64,000 nucleotides of DNA from Candidatus Omnitrophota bacterium (GTDB taxonomy: Bacteria > Omnitrophota > Gorgyraeia > Gygaellales > Profunditerraquicolaceae). A program made the translations under genes and the position numbers. The first letter of the stretch is position 1. Every line of letters begins with the position of its first letter. The stretch lies in contig JAOAET010000055.1 of NCBI GenBank assembly GCA_026416665.1, forward strand, positions 2,490 to 66,489. Reading direction: 5' to 3'. Of this stretch, positions 10,217 through 20,038 are shown one piece after another. Under the pieces are notes generated by a model. That model was not told where the DNA came from. It saw only the letters and a list, made by a program, of their open reading frames with translations, and did no database searches.

Positions 10217-11803
10217 CTATTTTGGTTGGCTTTTCTTTTTTTCATTATCCTTAAGCAGTTTATATTCAAAAGAGTCTGAAAGCGCTTGCCAGGAGGCCTC
10301 AATAATATTTTCTGATACGCCTATTGTATTCCAACTATCTTTTTCATCTTGTGACTGTATAAGCACACGCACTCTGGCGGCGGTTCCTTCCTTTTCATCA
10401 AGGACTCTCACTTTAAAATCAGATAGGTGCATCTCGGCTAATTTAGGATAAAAATTCATTAGAGCTTTTCTTAAGGCATTATCTAATGCGTTTACAGGGC
10501 CATCACCGTCTGCTGCGGTATGCTCAAGTTTACCTTTCACACGTAACTTAATAATTGCCTCAGTAGTTGCTTTTTTATTTGTTTCTTTATTTACCACTAC
10601 TCTGAAGCTTTCAAGTTTAAACATCTGATGAACCTTACTTAAGGCTTTTTTAAGAATCAATTCAAAGGATGCCTCTGCAGCTTCAAAGTGATAACCTTTC
10701 ATCTCTAGTTTCTGAAGTAGATTATGGAGTTTCTTTGTCTTAGGATCATCTTTAGTAAGATCAAGATTTAGCTCTTTGGCTAGAATGATAATACTGGATT
10801 TACCACCGAGTTCAGAGATAAGAATTCGACGCTTATTTCCCACTGCCTCAGGTGGAATATGTTCGTAGGAACGGCTATCTTTCATTACTGCATTTATATG
10901 AACCCCACCTTTATGGGCAAAGGCAGAATCGCCTACATAGGGTTGGTTATTAGCATGACGCATATTACTTACTTCGCTGACAAAATGGGAAACTTCTGTT
11001 GCCTTGGCAAGTTGTTCGTCACTGATACAATTAATACCTAATTTTAATTTCAAATTGGAGATTATAGGAATAAGGTCAGCATTTCCACAGCGTTCTCCAT
11101 AGCCATTGATTGTACCTTGACACATAGAACAACCTGCTTGAATTGCTGCTAGTGAGTTGGCTACAGCTACCCCTGCGTCATTGTGACAATGTATGCCAAG
11201 AGGTATTGTTATATTTTTCTTTACTTGTTTTATTGCTTCACTAATTTGGTCCGGTAAAGTGCCACCATTTGTGTCACAAAGTACCAGATAAGATGCCCCA
11301 GCTTGTTGTGCAGTTTTCAAACACTTAAGGGTATATTCAGGATTATCCTTATAGGCATCAAAAAAATGTTCAGCATCATAGAAAACTTTCAATCCTTTTT
11401 TTACTAAAAAAGAAATGCTGTCAGCAATCATCTCAAGATTTTCTTCAGGACTGACTTTTAAAACATTTTTAATATGTAAAAGCCAGGTTTTACCAAAGAT
11501 AGTTGCAAATTTTACTTTTGAATTGATAATATCATTTAAGTTTTTATCCCTGGCAGCTCTTATACCAGAACGGCGAGTTGAACCAAAAGCCACAATATGA
11601 CAGTTACCCAAAGATTTCTTGGCCATTATTTCAAAAAACTGGGCATCTTTAGGATTAGAACCAGGCCAGCCTCCCTCAATATAGTGAATACCAAATTCAG
11701 CTAGTTTTTCTGCAATGCGTATTTTGTCGGATAAAGAATAATTTATACCTTCGGCTTGGGAACCGTCTCTAAGAGTTGTATCATAAAGGATAACGTTTTT
11801 CAT
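10217..11803 (-). CDS. cimA: (R)-citramalate synthase / 2-isopropylmalate synthase family
   Basis: 528 aa; N-terminal LYDTTLRDGSQ HMGL-like TIM barrel plus C-terminal LeuA dimerisation domain. Confidence 0.8.
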   Translation of the reverse strand: MKNVILYDTTLRDGSQAEGINYSLSDKIRIAEKLAEFGIHYIEGGWPGSNPKDAQFFEIMAKKSLGNCHIVAFGSTRRSGIRAARDKNLNDIINSKVKFATIFGKTWLLHIKNVLKVSPEENLEMIADSISFLVKKGLKVFYDAEHFFDAYKDNPEYTLKCLKTAQQAGASYLVLCDTNGGTLPDQISEAIKQVKKNITIPLGIHCHNDAGVAVANSLAAIQAGCSMCQGTINGYGERCGNADLIPIISNLKLKLGINCISDEQLAKATEVSHFVSEVSNMRHANNQPYVGDSAFAHKGGVHINAVMKDSRSYEHIPPEAVGNKRRILISELGGKSSIIILAKELNLDLTKDDPKTKKLHNLLQKLEMKGYHFEAAEASFELILKKALSKVHQMFKLESFRVVVNKETNKKATTEAIIKLRVKGKLEHTAADGDGPVNALDNALRKALMNFYPKLAEMHLSDFKVRVLDEKEGTAARVRVLIQSQDEKDSWNTIGVSENIIEASWQALSDSFEYKLLKDNEKKKSQPK

Positions 11804-11820
11804 GGTTTTCCTTTTCTGGT

Positions 11821-13035
11821 TTAGCCTAAACCAAAAGCTGCATGCAATGCCCTTACTGCTTCTTCAGCGTATTTTTTCTTGATAATACAGGAGATGCTAA
11901 TATCAGAAGTAGAAATCATTTCAATATTTATCTTATGTTTGGCAAGACACTCAAACATCTTTGCTGCTACCCCAGGATAGGACTTCATGCCGACTCCTAC
12001 AATTGCCACCCGTGCAATATCTTGATCCTCAATAACTTCTCCTGCCTGTATACTTTCAGCGATTTTCTTGCTTACTTTTAGGGCTTTAGTTAAATTTGTC
12101 GAGGCAACAGTAAATGAAATATCGGTTTTTCGTGTACGACTTACATTCTGGACTATCATGTCAACATTAATTCCTGCTTCGGCTAACTCTTTAAATATTT
12201 GGGCAGCAATTCCAGGCTTGTCAGGAACATCACAGACAGTTATTTTTGCTTCATTTTTATTTAATGTGATACCGGTAATAAGTGCTTCTTCCATTCGTGG
12301 TGCCTCCTTTACAATCATTGTTCCAGGTGAATTATTAAATGATGAACGAACATGCAAGGGAACATTATATTTCATTGCAACCTCTATAGAGCGTGCTTGC
12401 ATAACTTGAGCTCCTAGTGAAGCCATCTCTAACATTTCTTCAAAAGTAATCATCTTTATTTTACGTGCACGGGGTTCTATACGCGGGTCCGTAGTATATA
12501 TACCATCAACATCAGTATATATCTCACACTCATCTGCTTTTAGAGCAGTAGCTAAAGCTACTGCAGTTAAATCCGAGCCACCTCGTCCAAGAGTGGTTAT
12601 GTCTTGGTCAACAGTTACTCCTTGAAAACCAGCAACTATGACGATTTTACCTTCTTTTAAGGCTTTTTTTATACGCTCGGTGTTTATTTTAAGTATTCTT
12701 GCCTTTGTATGATTGGCATCAGTAATAATACCTACTTGCATGCCAGTAAAAGAGATTGCTTCACAGTCAATGGCATGCAGAGCCATTGCAAGTAATGCTA
12801 CAGAAATTTGTTCACCTGTGGATACAAGCATATCGTGTTCTCGCTCTGACGGCTCAGGATTAATTTTATGTGCTAATTCAATCAATTCATCGGTTGTATC
12901 TCCCATCGCAGAAACAACCACAACCAGCGAATTGCCTTTTTTATGATAACTCGATATACGTTGGGCGACGTTTTTAATTCTTTCGACATTAGCTACGGAA
13001 GAACCTCCATATTTCTGAACAATAAGTTTTCCCAT
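11821..13035 (-). CDS. lysC: aspartate kinase
   Basis: 404 aa; KYGGSSV amino-acid kinase N-terminus, tandem C-terminal ACT domains. Confidence 0.9.
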   Translation of the reverse strand: MGKLIVQKYGGSSVANVERIKNVAQRISSYHKKGNSLVVVVSAMGDTTDELIELAHKINPEPSEREHDMLVSTGEQISVALLAMALHAIDCEAISFTGMQVGIITDANHTKARILKINTERIKKALKEGKIVIVAGFQGVTVDQDITTLGRGGSDLTAVALATALKADECEIYTDVDGIYTTDPRIEPRARKIKMITFEEMLEMASLGAQVMQARSIEVAMKYNVPLHVRSSFNNSPGTMIVKEAPRMEEALITGITLNKNEAKITVCDVPDKPGIAAQIFKELAEAGINVDMIVQNVSRTRKTDISFTVASTNLTKALKVSKKIAESIQAGEVIEDQDIARVAIVGVGMKSYPGVAAKMFECLAKHKINIEMISTSDISISCIIKKKYAEEAVRALHAAFGLG

Positions 13036-13040
13036 TTAGT

Positions 13041-13451
13041 TTATTTACCTCCTTTTCTATGTCTTATATAACTTATGCCAACTCGGTAATTTTCGGAATT
13101 AGGTAATTGGTTACAGTAGACAACCTTACCCCATACACTCGAAGCCTCCTGAAAACTGGTAAAAGGAAACCTTACCAGAAGCTTTATTGTAGTTTTCTTT
13201 ATTTGCTTTGGACTATAAAAAGAAATACCACCTACATTAATATCATTAACGAGAAACTCCGTATCCGAGGCAATATCTTCAGGTTCAACTATCTTGCAAG
13301 TAATTGCTTTCTGGGAAGGAATTTTTATACGTGCCCAGCGTCTTCTGGTTTTCTTTTTTTTATTAAAGGAAGAAGTAACGACATAAATAATAGCAAGAAA
13401 AGACACTGAGATTAAAAAAATAATAACTAAAACAAATACATTATGATTCAT
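13041..13451 (-). CDS. PilZ domain protein (c-di-GMP receptor family) with N-terminal TM helix
   Basis: RRRWARIKIP (RxxxR) and NDINVGGISF (DxSxGG) PilZ motifs. Start moved to the second Met so the overlap with apgM is small. Confidence 0.6.
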   Translation of the reverse strand: MNHNVFVLVIIFLISVSFLAIIYVVTSSFNKKKKTRRRWARIKIPSQKAITCKIVEPEDIASDTEFLVNDINVGGISFYSPKQIKKTTIKLLVRFPFTSFQEASSVWGKVVYCNQLPNSENYRVGISYIRHRKGGK

Positions 13452-14682
13452 CTGTTTGCCTCCTTGACAAAAAATTATTATCAAAATCGTTTTTTATAAA
13501 GTGTTCCATAAGCTGATAACCTCTTTCCAAAAATAAAGTTGATTTCTCAGCTTCTTTTTCACTAAAAGTTTTAAATCCTTTTCCCGTAATACCTTCTCCG
13601 AATATGCAAAACGGAACAGGGTCAGCGGTGTGGGTACGAAGACTTAGTGGTGTAGGATGGTCTGGTAAAATTAACATGCGAAGATTTCCTTTTTGTTTAT
13701 ATCTTTCAAGGCATGCACCTACTATAAATTGGTCAAAGCGCTCAATAGCAGTAATTTTTTCCCGAATGTCTCCGTTGTGTCCAGCTTCGTCTGGTGCTTC
13801 AACATGGACAAAGACAAAATCGTGATTACTAAGGGAGTTTAACGCCGCCTCAGCTTTACCGGCATAATTTGTATCGTAATACCCGGTAGCCCCAGGAACG
13901 GAAATCACTTCCAAACCAACTAATTTACCCATACCTTTGATAAGATCAACTGCAGAAATAACGCTTCCAGTTATGCCAAACTTTTCTTTAAAAAGAGGTA
14001 GATTAGGTTTTTTCCCTTGTCCCCATAGCCAAATCATATTAGCAGGATTTTCACCTAAGTCAATACGAACTTGATTAATTTCATGTTCAGCAAGGATTTT
14101 ACGGGATTCCTGCATTAGGTTGATGACAAGATCGGCATTTTCGCCACGAGGTAAATTTTTATTGATACTTTGATTTACAATATCATGAGGAGCAACACAC
14201 TTTAAGGCATCCAGCTTTTTTTTACTTCCATTACGAAACAAAACAAGATGGCGATAACTTATTCCCGCATAAAAGCGAATTTCTTTATTGCCAAGTTTTT
14301 GGTCTAGCCATTTTATAATATTTTGTGCTTCTTTAGTAGAGATATGTCCTGCACTGTAATCAACAAGTCTATCATCAACAGCGGTGATGAGATTACAGCG
14401 AAAAGCGACATCGTCGTTTTCCAATTCAATACCCATATTTGCAGCTTCTAGAGGACCTCTTCCTGAATAATAAATTTGTGGGTCATAACCAAGAATTGAC
14501 ATATTGGCTACATCTGAGGCAGGTGTCATATTGGGTGGTATGGTTTTTACTTTTCCCAATATTCCAAATTTTGCACAATAATCCATATTAGGTTTTTGGG
14601 CGACTTCTAAAGGGGTTCGACCTTGTAGTTCTACTACAGGATAATCTGCCATTCCATCAGGGATTAATACAATGTACTTCAT
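13441..14682 (-). CDS. apgM: 2,3-bisphosphoglycerate-independent phosphoglycerate mutase, archaeal type
   Basis: 413 aa; MKYIVLIPDGMADYP N-terminus typical of the ApgM/cofactor-independent PGM family. Confidence 0.85.
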   Translation of the reverse strand: MKYIVLIPDGMADYPVVELQGRTPLEVAQKPNMDYCAKFGILGKVKTIPPNMTPASDVANMSILGYDPQIYYSGRGPLEAANMGIELENDDVAFRCNLITAVDDRLVDYSAGHISTKEAQNIIKWLDQKLGNKEIRFYAGISYRHLVLFRNGSKKKLDALKCVAPHDIVNQSINKNLPRGENADLVINLMQESRKILAEHEINQVRIDLGENPANMIWLWGQGKKPNLPLFKEKFGITGSVISAVDLIKGMGKLVGLEVISVPGATGYYDTNYAGKAEAALNSLSNHDFVFVHVEAPDEAGHNGDIREKITAIERFDQFIVGACLERYKQKGNLRMLILPDHPTPLSLRTHTADPVPFCIFGEGITGKGFKTFSEKEAEKSTLFLERGYQLMEHFIKNDFDNNFLSRRQTDES

Positions 14683-15330
14683 TTAATTCCTTCCAAAGTA
14701 TTGATTTAAAAGTTTCGTCAACTTTTTTGCCAGTTCTTCGCGCGAGTGTAAAGGTCCAATGGTTTGAGTGCCATCAGTTATAAATGCTAAATAATCAGAA
14801 TCTATAAAAGTATTGGCGACTGCTATATGAGTTTTTGAACGTTTAAGAAAAGCTTTTGTTTTAGTAAGAAGATTGTGTTTGGTGGCATTAGGTTCATATT
14901 TAAAACCTACCAAAAGCATCCCTGGATCCAAGGCACGAACTTCCTCAATTATTTTGGGGGTTGGTTTTAGTTTAATTGACCAGCTTTTTAATTCCGAACT
15001 GACTTTTTTTGTATACATCTTTATTGGTCGGTAATCTGAAACCGAGGCAGAGTGAATCATTACGTCAAAACGCTTTTTTTTCATAAGTTTTTTTAAGATA
15101 TTACGAAGCTCATCAAAGAATGAAAAGCGAATGACTTGTATACCTTTTACTTTTGGTTCTTGTGCGCAAGGACCAAGAATTAAAGTTACTTTAGCGCCGT
15201 GTTTTGCCAATTCTTTTGAGATAAGTACTCCATTTTTTCCTGTAGCAGTATTAGAAATAACCCGTACACTATCCAAAGCTACCCATGTCGGCCCACCAGT
15301 TACTAAAATCTTTTTGTTCTTTAAACTCAT
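14683..15330 (-). CDS. coaB: phosphopantothenate--cysteine ligase (stand-alone CoaB domain)
   Basis: 215 aa; KILVTGGPT...SNTATGKNG DFP/CoaB motifs; no CoaC flavoprotein domain. Confidence 0.75.
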   Translation of the reverse strand: MSLKNKKILVTGGPTWVALDSVRVISNTATGKNGVLISKELAKHGAKVTLILGPCAQEPKVKGIQVIRFSFFDELRNILKKLMKKKRFDVMIHSASVSDYRPIKMYTKKVSSELKSWSIKLKPTPKIIEEVRALDPGMLLVGFKYEPNATKHNLLTKTKAFLKRSKTHIAVANTFIDSDYLAFITDGTQTIGPLHSREELAKKLTKLLNQYFGRN

Positions 15331-15332
15331 CT

Positions 15333-16406
15333 TTAGTATCCTATTTCTTTAAGAATTGCTTTTTTTTCTGCAACTACAACTTTAGGTTTTCCGATTGTTT
15401 GTAAAGCACAATCAGGGTCTTTTAGACCGTGGCCAGTAAGCACACAAACGATAGTAGGACTTTCTTTTTTAGGTTTATTTTTTTTAAAGTATCCCTGTAG
15501 AGAAAGTTTAATAATGCCTGCTACTGATGCACAGGATGCAGGTTCAGCAAAAATTCCGTCTTTACTTGCCAACTGTTGGTAGGCTGAAATGATTTCTTGA
15601 TCACTGACCATCTCTATTAGTCCACCTGACTCATTCCGAGCTTTTTCAGCTTGTTCCCAACTAGCGGGATTACCTATACGAATAGCAGTAGCAATGGTTT
15701 GAGGATTGGCAATAGGATAACCTCTCACAATAGGTGCAGCCCCTTCTGCCTGAAAACCAAGCATCTTAGGTAAAAAATTTATTTTTCCATGCGAAAAATA
15801 CTCTTGATAGCCTTTCCAGTAAGCAGTGATATTTCCGGCATTTCCAACAGGAATTGCATGGAAGTCAGGGGCTTGGTTTAATTCATCACAGATTTCAAAA
15901 CTTCCTGTTTTTTGGCCTTCTATACGATAAGGATTCAAAGAATTTACCAAAGTAATTGGATATTCTGAGGTTATTTCACGAACAAGCTTAAGTGCATCGT
16001 CAAAGTTACCTTCTACTGCTAAGACTTCTGCTCCATGAATCATTGCTTGGCTAAGTTTTCCCAAGGCAATATGACCATTGGGGATAAGTACAAAACAACA
16101 AAGACCAGCTTTAGCAGCATAGGCAGCAGCAGAAGCAGAGGTGTTACCAGTGGAGGCACACATGACTGCTGTGGCTTTTTCTTCAAGGGCTTTAGAAATT
16201 GCTACAGTCATACCCCTATCTTTAAAAGACCCAGTGGGGTTTACGCCTTCAAATTTTAGATATACCCTATATCCATTGCCAATAATTTTGCTTAAGTAAG
16301 ATGAATAAATAAGTGGTGTGTTACCTTCGTTTAAAGTAACAATAGGAGTTTTTTCACTTATTGGCAGAAATTGTTTATATCTGTGAATAATTCCTTGATA
16401 AGACAT
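15333..16406 (-). CDS. thrC: threonine synthase
   Basis: 357 aa PLP enzyme; NPTGSFKDRG lysine motif. Confidence 0.9.
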   Translation of the reverse strand: MSYQGIIHRYKQFLPISEKTPIVTLNEGNTPLIYSSYLSKIIGNGYRVYLKFEGVNPTGSFKDRGMTVAISKALEEKATAVMCASTGNTSASAAAYAAKAGLCCFVLIPNGHIALGKLSQAMIHGAEVLAVEGNFDDALKLVREITSEYPITLVNSLNPYRIEGQKTGSFEICDELNQAPDFHAIPVGNAGNITAYWKGYQEYFSHGKINFLPKMLGFQAEGAAPIVRGYPIANPQTIATAIRIGNPASWEQAEKARNESGGLIEMVSDQEIISAYQQLASKDGIFAEPASCASVAGIIKLSLQGYFKKNKPKKESPTIVCVLTGHGLKDPDCALQTIGKPKVVVAEKKAILKEIGY

Positions 16407-16408
16407 AT

Positions 16409-17704
16409 TTAAAGTTCCTCTATTCTTATAGCAACTGATTTTTCCTTTATTACTGGTAATTTGTCAATTTCTACTAATGCCTGACGGAGATGTCTTTCTT
16501 TTGCTTCGTGAATTACCATAACGATAGGCACAGATTTTGCCTTATGACGTTCCTTTTGGGTTACCGAAGCAATACTTATGTTATAACGGGCTAATATACT
16601 GGAAATTTTTGCCAAAACACCAGGTTTATCTAACGCAGTGAATCTTATATAGTAACGGCTTTCAAATTCGTCTGGATTTCTTAATCTTTTGATACTTGAG
16701 TCTACCAGGGTATTTAAGGTTGGCCTAAACATCCCTGCTTTTAAATCCTGAATAACATCGACAATATCAGATACAACTGCAGAAGCAGCAGAGCTTTGAC
16801 CTGCTCCTGGTCCTGAAAATAATAAATCACCCGCAAGATCTGAGCAGACATATATGGCATTATTTACCCCATTTACCGCAGCTAGTGGATGTCTATTATT
16901 AATAAGGGCAGGATGAACTCTTACCTCTAACGAATCTGTTTTTCGTTTAGCTACCGCCAGAAGTTTTATTGCTAAATTTAACTCTTGGGCATATCTAATG
17001 TCTGCTAATGATAAAGAAGAAATTCCCTCCCGCCAGACATCTTTCATATTTACAAATCTTCCAAAAGCAAGGTATGTCAATAGAATCAATTTATGTGCAG
17101 AGTCAACACCTTCAATATCAAGAGTGGGGTCTTTTTCCGCGAAACCACGTTCCTTCGCAAGATGAAGTGCTTCATTAAAAGAACAGTGGCTTTCTGACAT
17201 ACAAGAAAGTACAAAATTAGAAGTTCCATTAACGATGCCAAAAACAGAGTGAAATTTGTTGGCTACCAGTCCTTCTCTTAATGATTTAATAATCGGAATA
17301 CCAGCACCTACTGATGCCTCAAAGTAAATATTCTTATTACAGTCGAGGGCGTGAGTAAACAACTGCTGACCATATTCAGCTAACAAGGCCTTGTTGGCAG
17401 TTACTACGTTTTTACCTTTTTTTAGTGCTTCGAATATGTATTCATAGGCAGGGTGTATTCCCCCAATTAATTCTACAACTATATCTATCTGTGGGTCATT
17501 AATAATGTCATAGGCATTTTTAGTAAAGATTTTCTCAGAGACATGGACATTATGTTTTCTTTTTAAGTTTATATCACATATTCTTTTTATCTGAATGCTA
17601 CTGCCAATCTTTTGTGCTAACATAAAACGGCGTTCATTAAGTATCCGTACCACTCCACTGCCTACATTTCCTAAACCAATAATACCTAGGTTAAACTCTT
17701 TCAT
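16409..17704 (-). CDS. hom: homoserine dehydrogenase
   Basis: 431 aa; GIIGLGNVGSG Rossmann, catalytic domain and C-terminal ACT domain. Confidence 0.9.
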   Translation of the reverse strand: MKEFNLGIIGLGNVGSGVVRILNERRFMLAQKIGSSIQIKRICDINLKRKHNVHVSEKIFTKNAYDIINDPQIDIVVELIGGIHPAYEYIFEALKKGKNVVTANKALLAEYGQQLFTHALDCNKNIYFEASVGAGIPIIKSLREGLVANKFHSVFGIVNGTSNFVLSCMSESHCSFNEALHLAKERGFAEKDPTLDIEGVDSAHKLILLTYLAFGRFVNMKDVWREGISSLSLADIRYAQELNLAIKLLAVAKRKTDSLEVRVHPALINNRHPLAAVNGVNNAIYVCSDLAGDLLFSGPGAGQSSAASAVVSDIVDVIQDLKAGMFRPTLNTLVDSSIKRLRNPDEFESRYYIRFTALDKPGVLAKISSILARYNISIASVTQKERHKAKSVPIVMVIHEAKERHLRQALVEIDKLPVIKEKSVAIRIEEL

Positions 17705-17715
17705 ATAACTTCCTC

Positions 17716-18072
17716 TTATTTTTTATTACTATAATATTCTACTGTTCTATTTAATATGGCACGATGATTTTCGTCTATTGCCTGAAACTCTAAGTGAGTA
17801 TCGTAAATAAGGTCCTTGGTGATTTCCACTGAACGCACAACCTTTCCTATTAACATAATAGGATTACGTTCGAAAGGAAGGCGTATCTCTACTGCAAGTA
17901 CTGTTCCATCTTCAAACCTTCTATTTGTTGTAAGTAACATACCTCCTATAGAAAGATTCTTAGTTTGGGTAATATCTATATTATTTGCTTCATCGAGAAT
18001 GCGGTAAGAAACAATAAAACGACCTTTTATTCTGGTATATCTTCTACGTTCAGGGCCTATATATGAGTTCAT
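17716..18072 (-). CDS. PilZ domain protein
   Basis: 118 aa; RRRYTRIK (RxxxR) and LSIGGMLL (DxSxGG-like). Confidence 0.65.
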   Translation of the reverse strand: MNSYIGPERRRYTRIKGRFIVSYRILDEANNIDITQTKNLSIGGMLLTTNRRFEDGTVLAVEIRLPFERNPIMLIGKVVRSVEITKDLIYDTHLEFQAIDENHRAILNRTVEYYSNKK

Positions 18073-18149
18073 ATACCACTCCTTTCTTTGAACCGTTAAG
18101 AATAATAAGGATTGTAGAGAACAGATATAAATATTTTTTATTTAGCGGT

Positions 18150-18509
18150 CTATTTGTCTTGATAATTTTTGATAACCCAGTTAATATATTCTTTTAAAAT
18201 ATTTTGTGTTTCTTTATTAGTTTCAACAAATTGAATACGGGTTAGAAAAGTATTGTTAGAATCTGTATTTTCTGATGCCACAACTTTACCCTTGACTTCT
18301 GTTAAATCAAAAGGACGAGAAGGTATTTTAATTCGTAATACTATAGTATCAGAAGGATTAAATCTTTTACCTGTTAGAAGTGATACGCCTGTTTCACTTA
18401 TATCACGCACTGTGGAGATGTCCCATTTTGGAAGATTTCCCTCCTCAAAAAAACTATATTGGATAAAAAGAGAAGACTTTATACGGAAAGCTTTTCTTTT
18501 TTCTTCCAT
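18150..18509 (-). CDS. PilZ domain protein
   Basis: 119 aa; RKAFRIK and DISETGVSLL motifs. Confidence 0.65.
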   Translation of the reverse strand: MEEKRKAFRIKSSLFIQYSFFEEGNLPKWDISTVRDISETGVSLLTGKRFNPSDTIVLRIKIPSRPFDLTEVKGKVVASENTDSNNTFLTRIQFVETNKETQNILKEYINWVIKNYQDK

Positions 18510-18539
18510 ATTATTCTCTTAGAAATTCAGTTGTATTTG

Positions 18540-18615
18540 TCGGGGCGAGTGGACTTGAACCACCGACCTCTTGAACCCCATTCAAGCGCTCTAATCCAAA
18601 CTGAGCCACGCCCCG
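18540..18615 (-). tRNA. tRNA-Pro (anticodon GGG)
   Basis: Cloverleaf read by hand: acceptor CGGGGCG/CGCCCCG, anticodon loop AUGGGGU, T-arm GGTTCAAGTCC; no encoded CCA. Confidence 0.8.
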
Positions 18616-18627
18616 AATATTTCTTTG

Positions 18628-19641
18628 TTATTCTTCTTTTTTAGCTCGCAACATTAATTTTCGTACTGCCTTAACAGGGCTGACACCTTTATATAAAATA
18701 TTATATACCTGCTTGGTAATAGGCATCTCAACATTTTTTTGTTTTGCCAAAGAGACCACTGCTTTTACAGTAGGTACACCTTCAGCAACCATCTGCATAT
18801 TTTTCAATATCTGTCTAAGAGTTTTGTTTTGTCCAATTTGTTCACCCACAAATCTATTACGACTGTAGGGGCTAAAACAAGTAGTAATCAGGTCACCTAA
18901 TCCACTTATTCCACTGAAAGTTTCTCTCTTTGCACCTAAACAAACTCCAAGACGCGCAATTTCGACTAGGCCACGACAGACCAAAGCAGCTTTGGCATTA
19001 GTGCCCATACCTAAACCGTCAGCAATACCGCAAGAAATAGCGATTATATTCTTTAAAGCACCGCCTAGCTCTACACCTATTACATCATCCGATGTATACA
19101 CCCTGAAGCGTTCACTCATAAATATATCTTGTAGTAAGAAGCGTAATTTTTTATCTTCTGAAGCAATCACAACAGAGGTAGGTAAATTTTGACTTACTTC
19201 TTTCACAATTGTGGGACCAGATAATACTGCTAACTTAACATTACCCAGTTCTTCTTTTACGACCTCAGACATTCTTTTACAAGAAGCTATTTCTATGCCT
19301 TTAGCGACACTGACAAAAATTTTCTTATGGATTTCTTCTATTGCAACTTCTCTCTTTAGGGTTCTTAAAACTAAGCGCATATACTTAGAGGGGATAGCAA
19401 GTACAACAACCTGTGTTTTTTCTACTGCTTTATTTATATCCGAAGTAATAATTATTTTTTTAGGAATTCTGACACCTGGAAGAAATTTAGGATTTACCCT
19501 ATTTTTGTCAAGAAAAAATGCATAATCTCTAAAAGCACTCCATAAAGTTACTGTAAAACCTTTTTGGTGAAGTAAGATAGCTAAGGTTGTACCCCACCCC
19601 CCATCACCTAAGATACAGATGTTCTGTATTTGGCTAAGCAT
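18628..19641 (-). CDS. gpsA: NAD(P)H-dependent glycerol-3-phosphate dehydrogenase
   Basis: 337 aa; ILGDGGWGTTLA N-terminal Rossmann motif. Confidence 0.9.
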   Translation of the reverse strand: MLSQIQNICILGDGGWGTTLAILLHQKGFTVTLWSAFRDYAFFLDKNRVNPKFLPGVRIPKKIIITSDINKAVEKTQVVVLAIPSKYMRLVLRTLKREVAIEEIHKKIFVSVAKGIEIASCKRMSEVVKEELGNVKLAVLSGPTIVKEVSQNLPTSVVIASEDKKLRFLLQDIFMSERFRVYTSDDVIGVELGGALKNIIAISCGIADGLGMGTNAKAALVCRGLVEIARLGVCLGAKRETFSGISGLGDLITTCFSPYSRNRFVGEQIGQNKTLRQILKNMQMVAEGVPTVKAVVSLAKQKNVEMPITKQVYNILYKGVSPVKAVRKLMLRAKKEE

Positions 19642-20029
19642 CTGGGCCTAAAAGACGAGTTTTCTCAGTTATCTCCTGAGAGTCTTTTTCGCGAATAGTT
19701 AAAAATTTTACACCTATATCAAAACTTGTATCAGAAATTTGTTGAATTCTGACTACTTTGGCTATAATACCATGCTGATAAATTAAGGAATAGCGTTCTA
19801 TTTCCGCACAAAATGTTAATACACTTCTATCAAAGGATAACCATACAATGTCATTGATATTTACGGGTTGTTTAATAGTACAACGTAAACCTTTATTACT
19901 AACATCAACGGTATATCCCTGAAAAAGTTTAAGTAATGTTTCTGGTTTACAGACTTTATAAGATAATGGCGAAGAATAGGGAATACGAACAAATTCTCTA
20001 CGTTCTGGTCCTTCATAATTTTCTGACAT
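19634..20029 (-). CDS. PilZ domain protein
   Basis: 131 aa; RREFVRIP and DVSNKGL motifs. Confidence 0.6.
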   Translation of the reverse strand: MSENYEGPERREFVRIPYSSPLSYKVCKPETLLKLFQGYTVDVSNKGLRCTIKQPVNINDIVWLSFDRSVLTFCAEIERYSLIYQHGIIAKVVRIQQISDTSFDIGVKFLTIREKDSQEITEKTRLLGPDA

Positions 20030-20038
20030 ATATCACCT

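Noticed and set aside
10060-10302. 80-aa minus-strand ORF between the AAA+ ATPase gene and cimA
   Set aside because: It overlaps the conserved C-terminus of cimA by ~85 nt in another frame, has an Asn/Lys-rich low-complexity sequence, and has no RBS. It is probably spurious.
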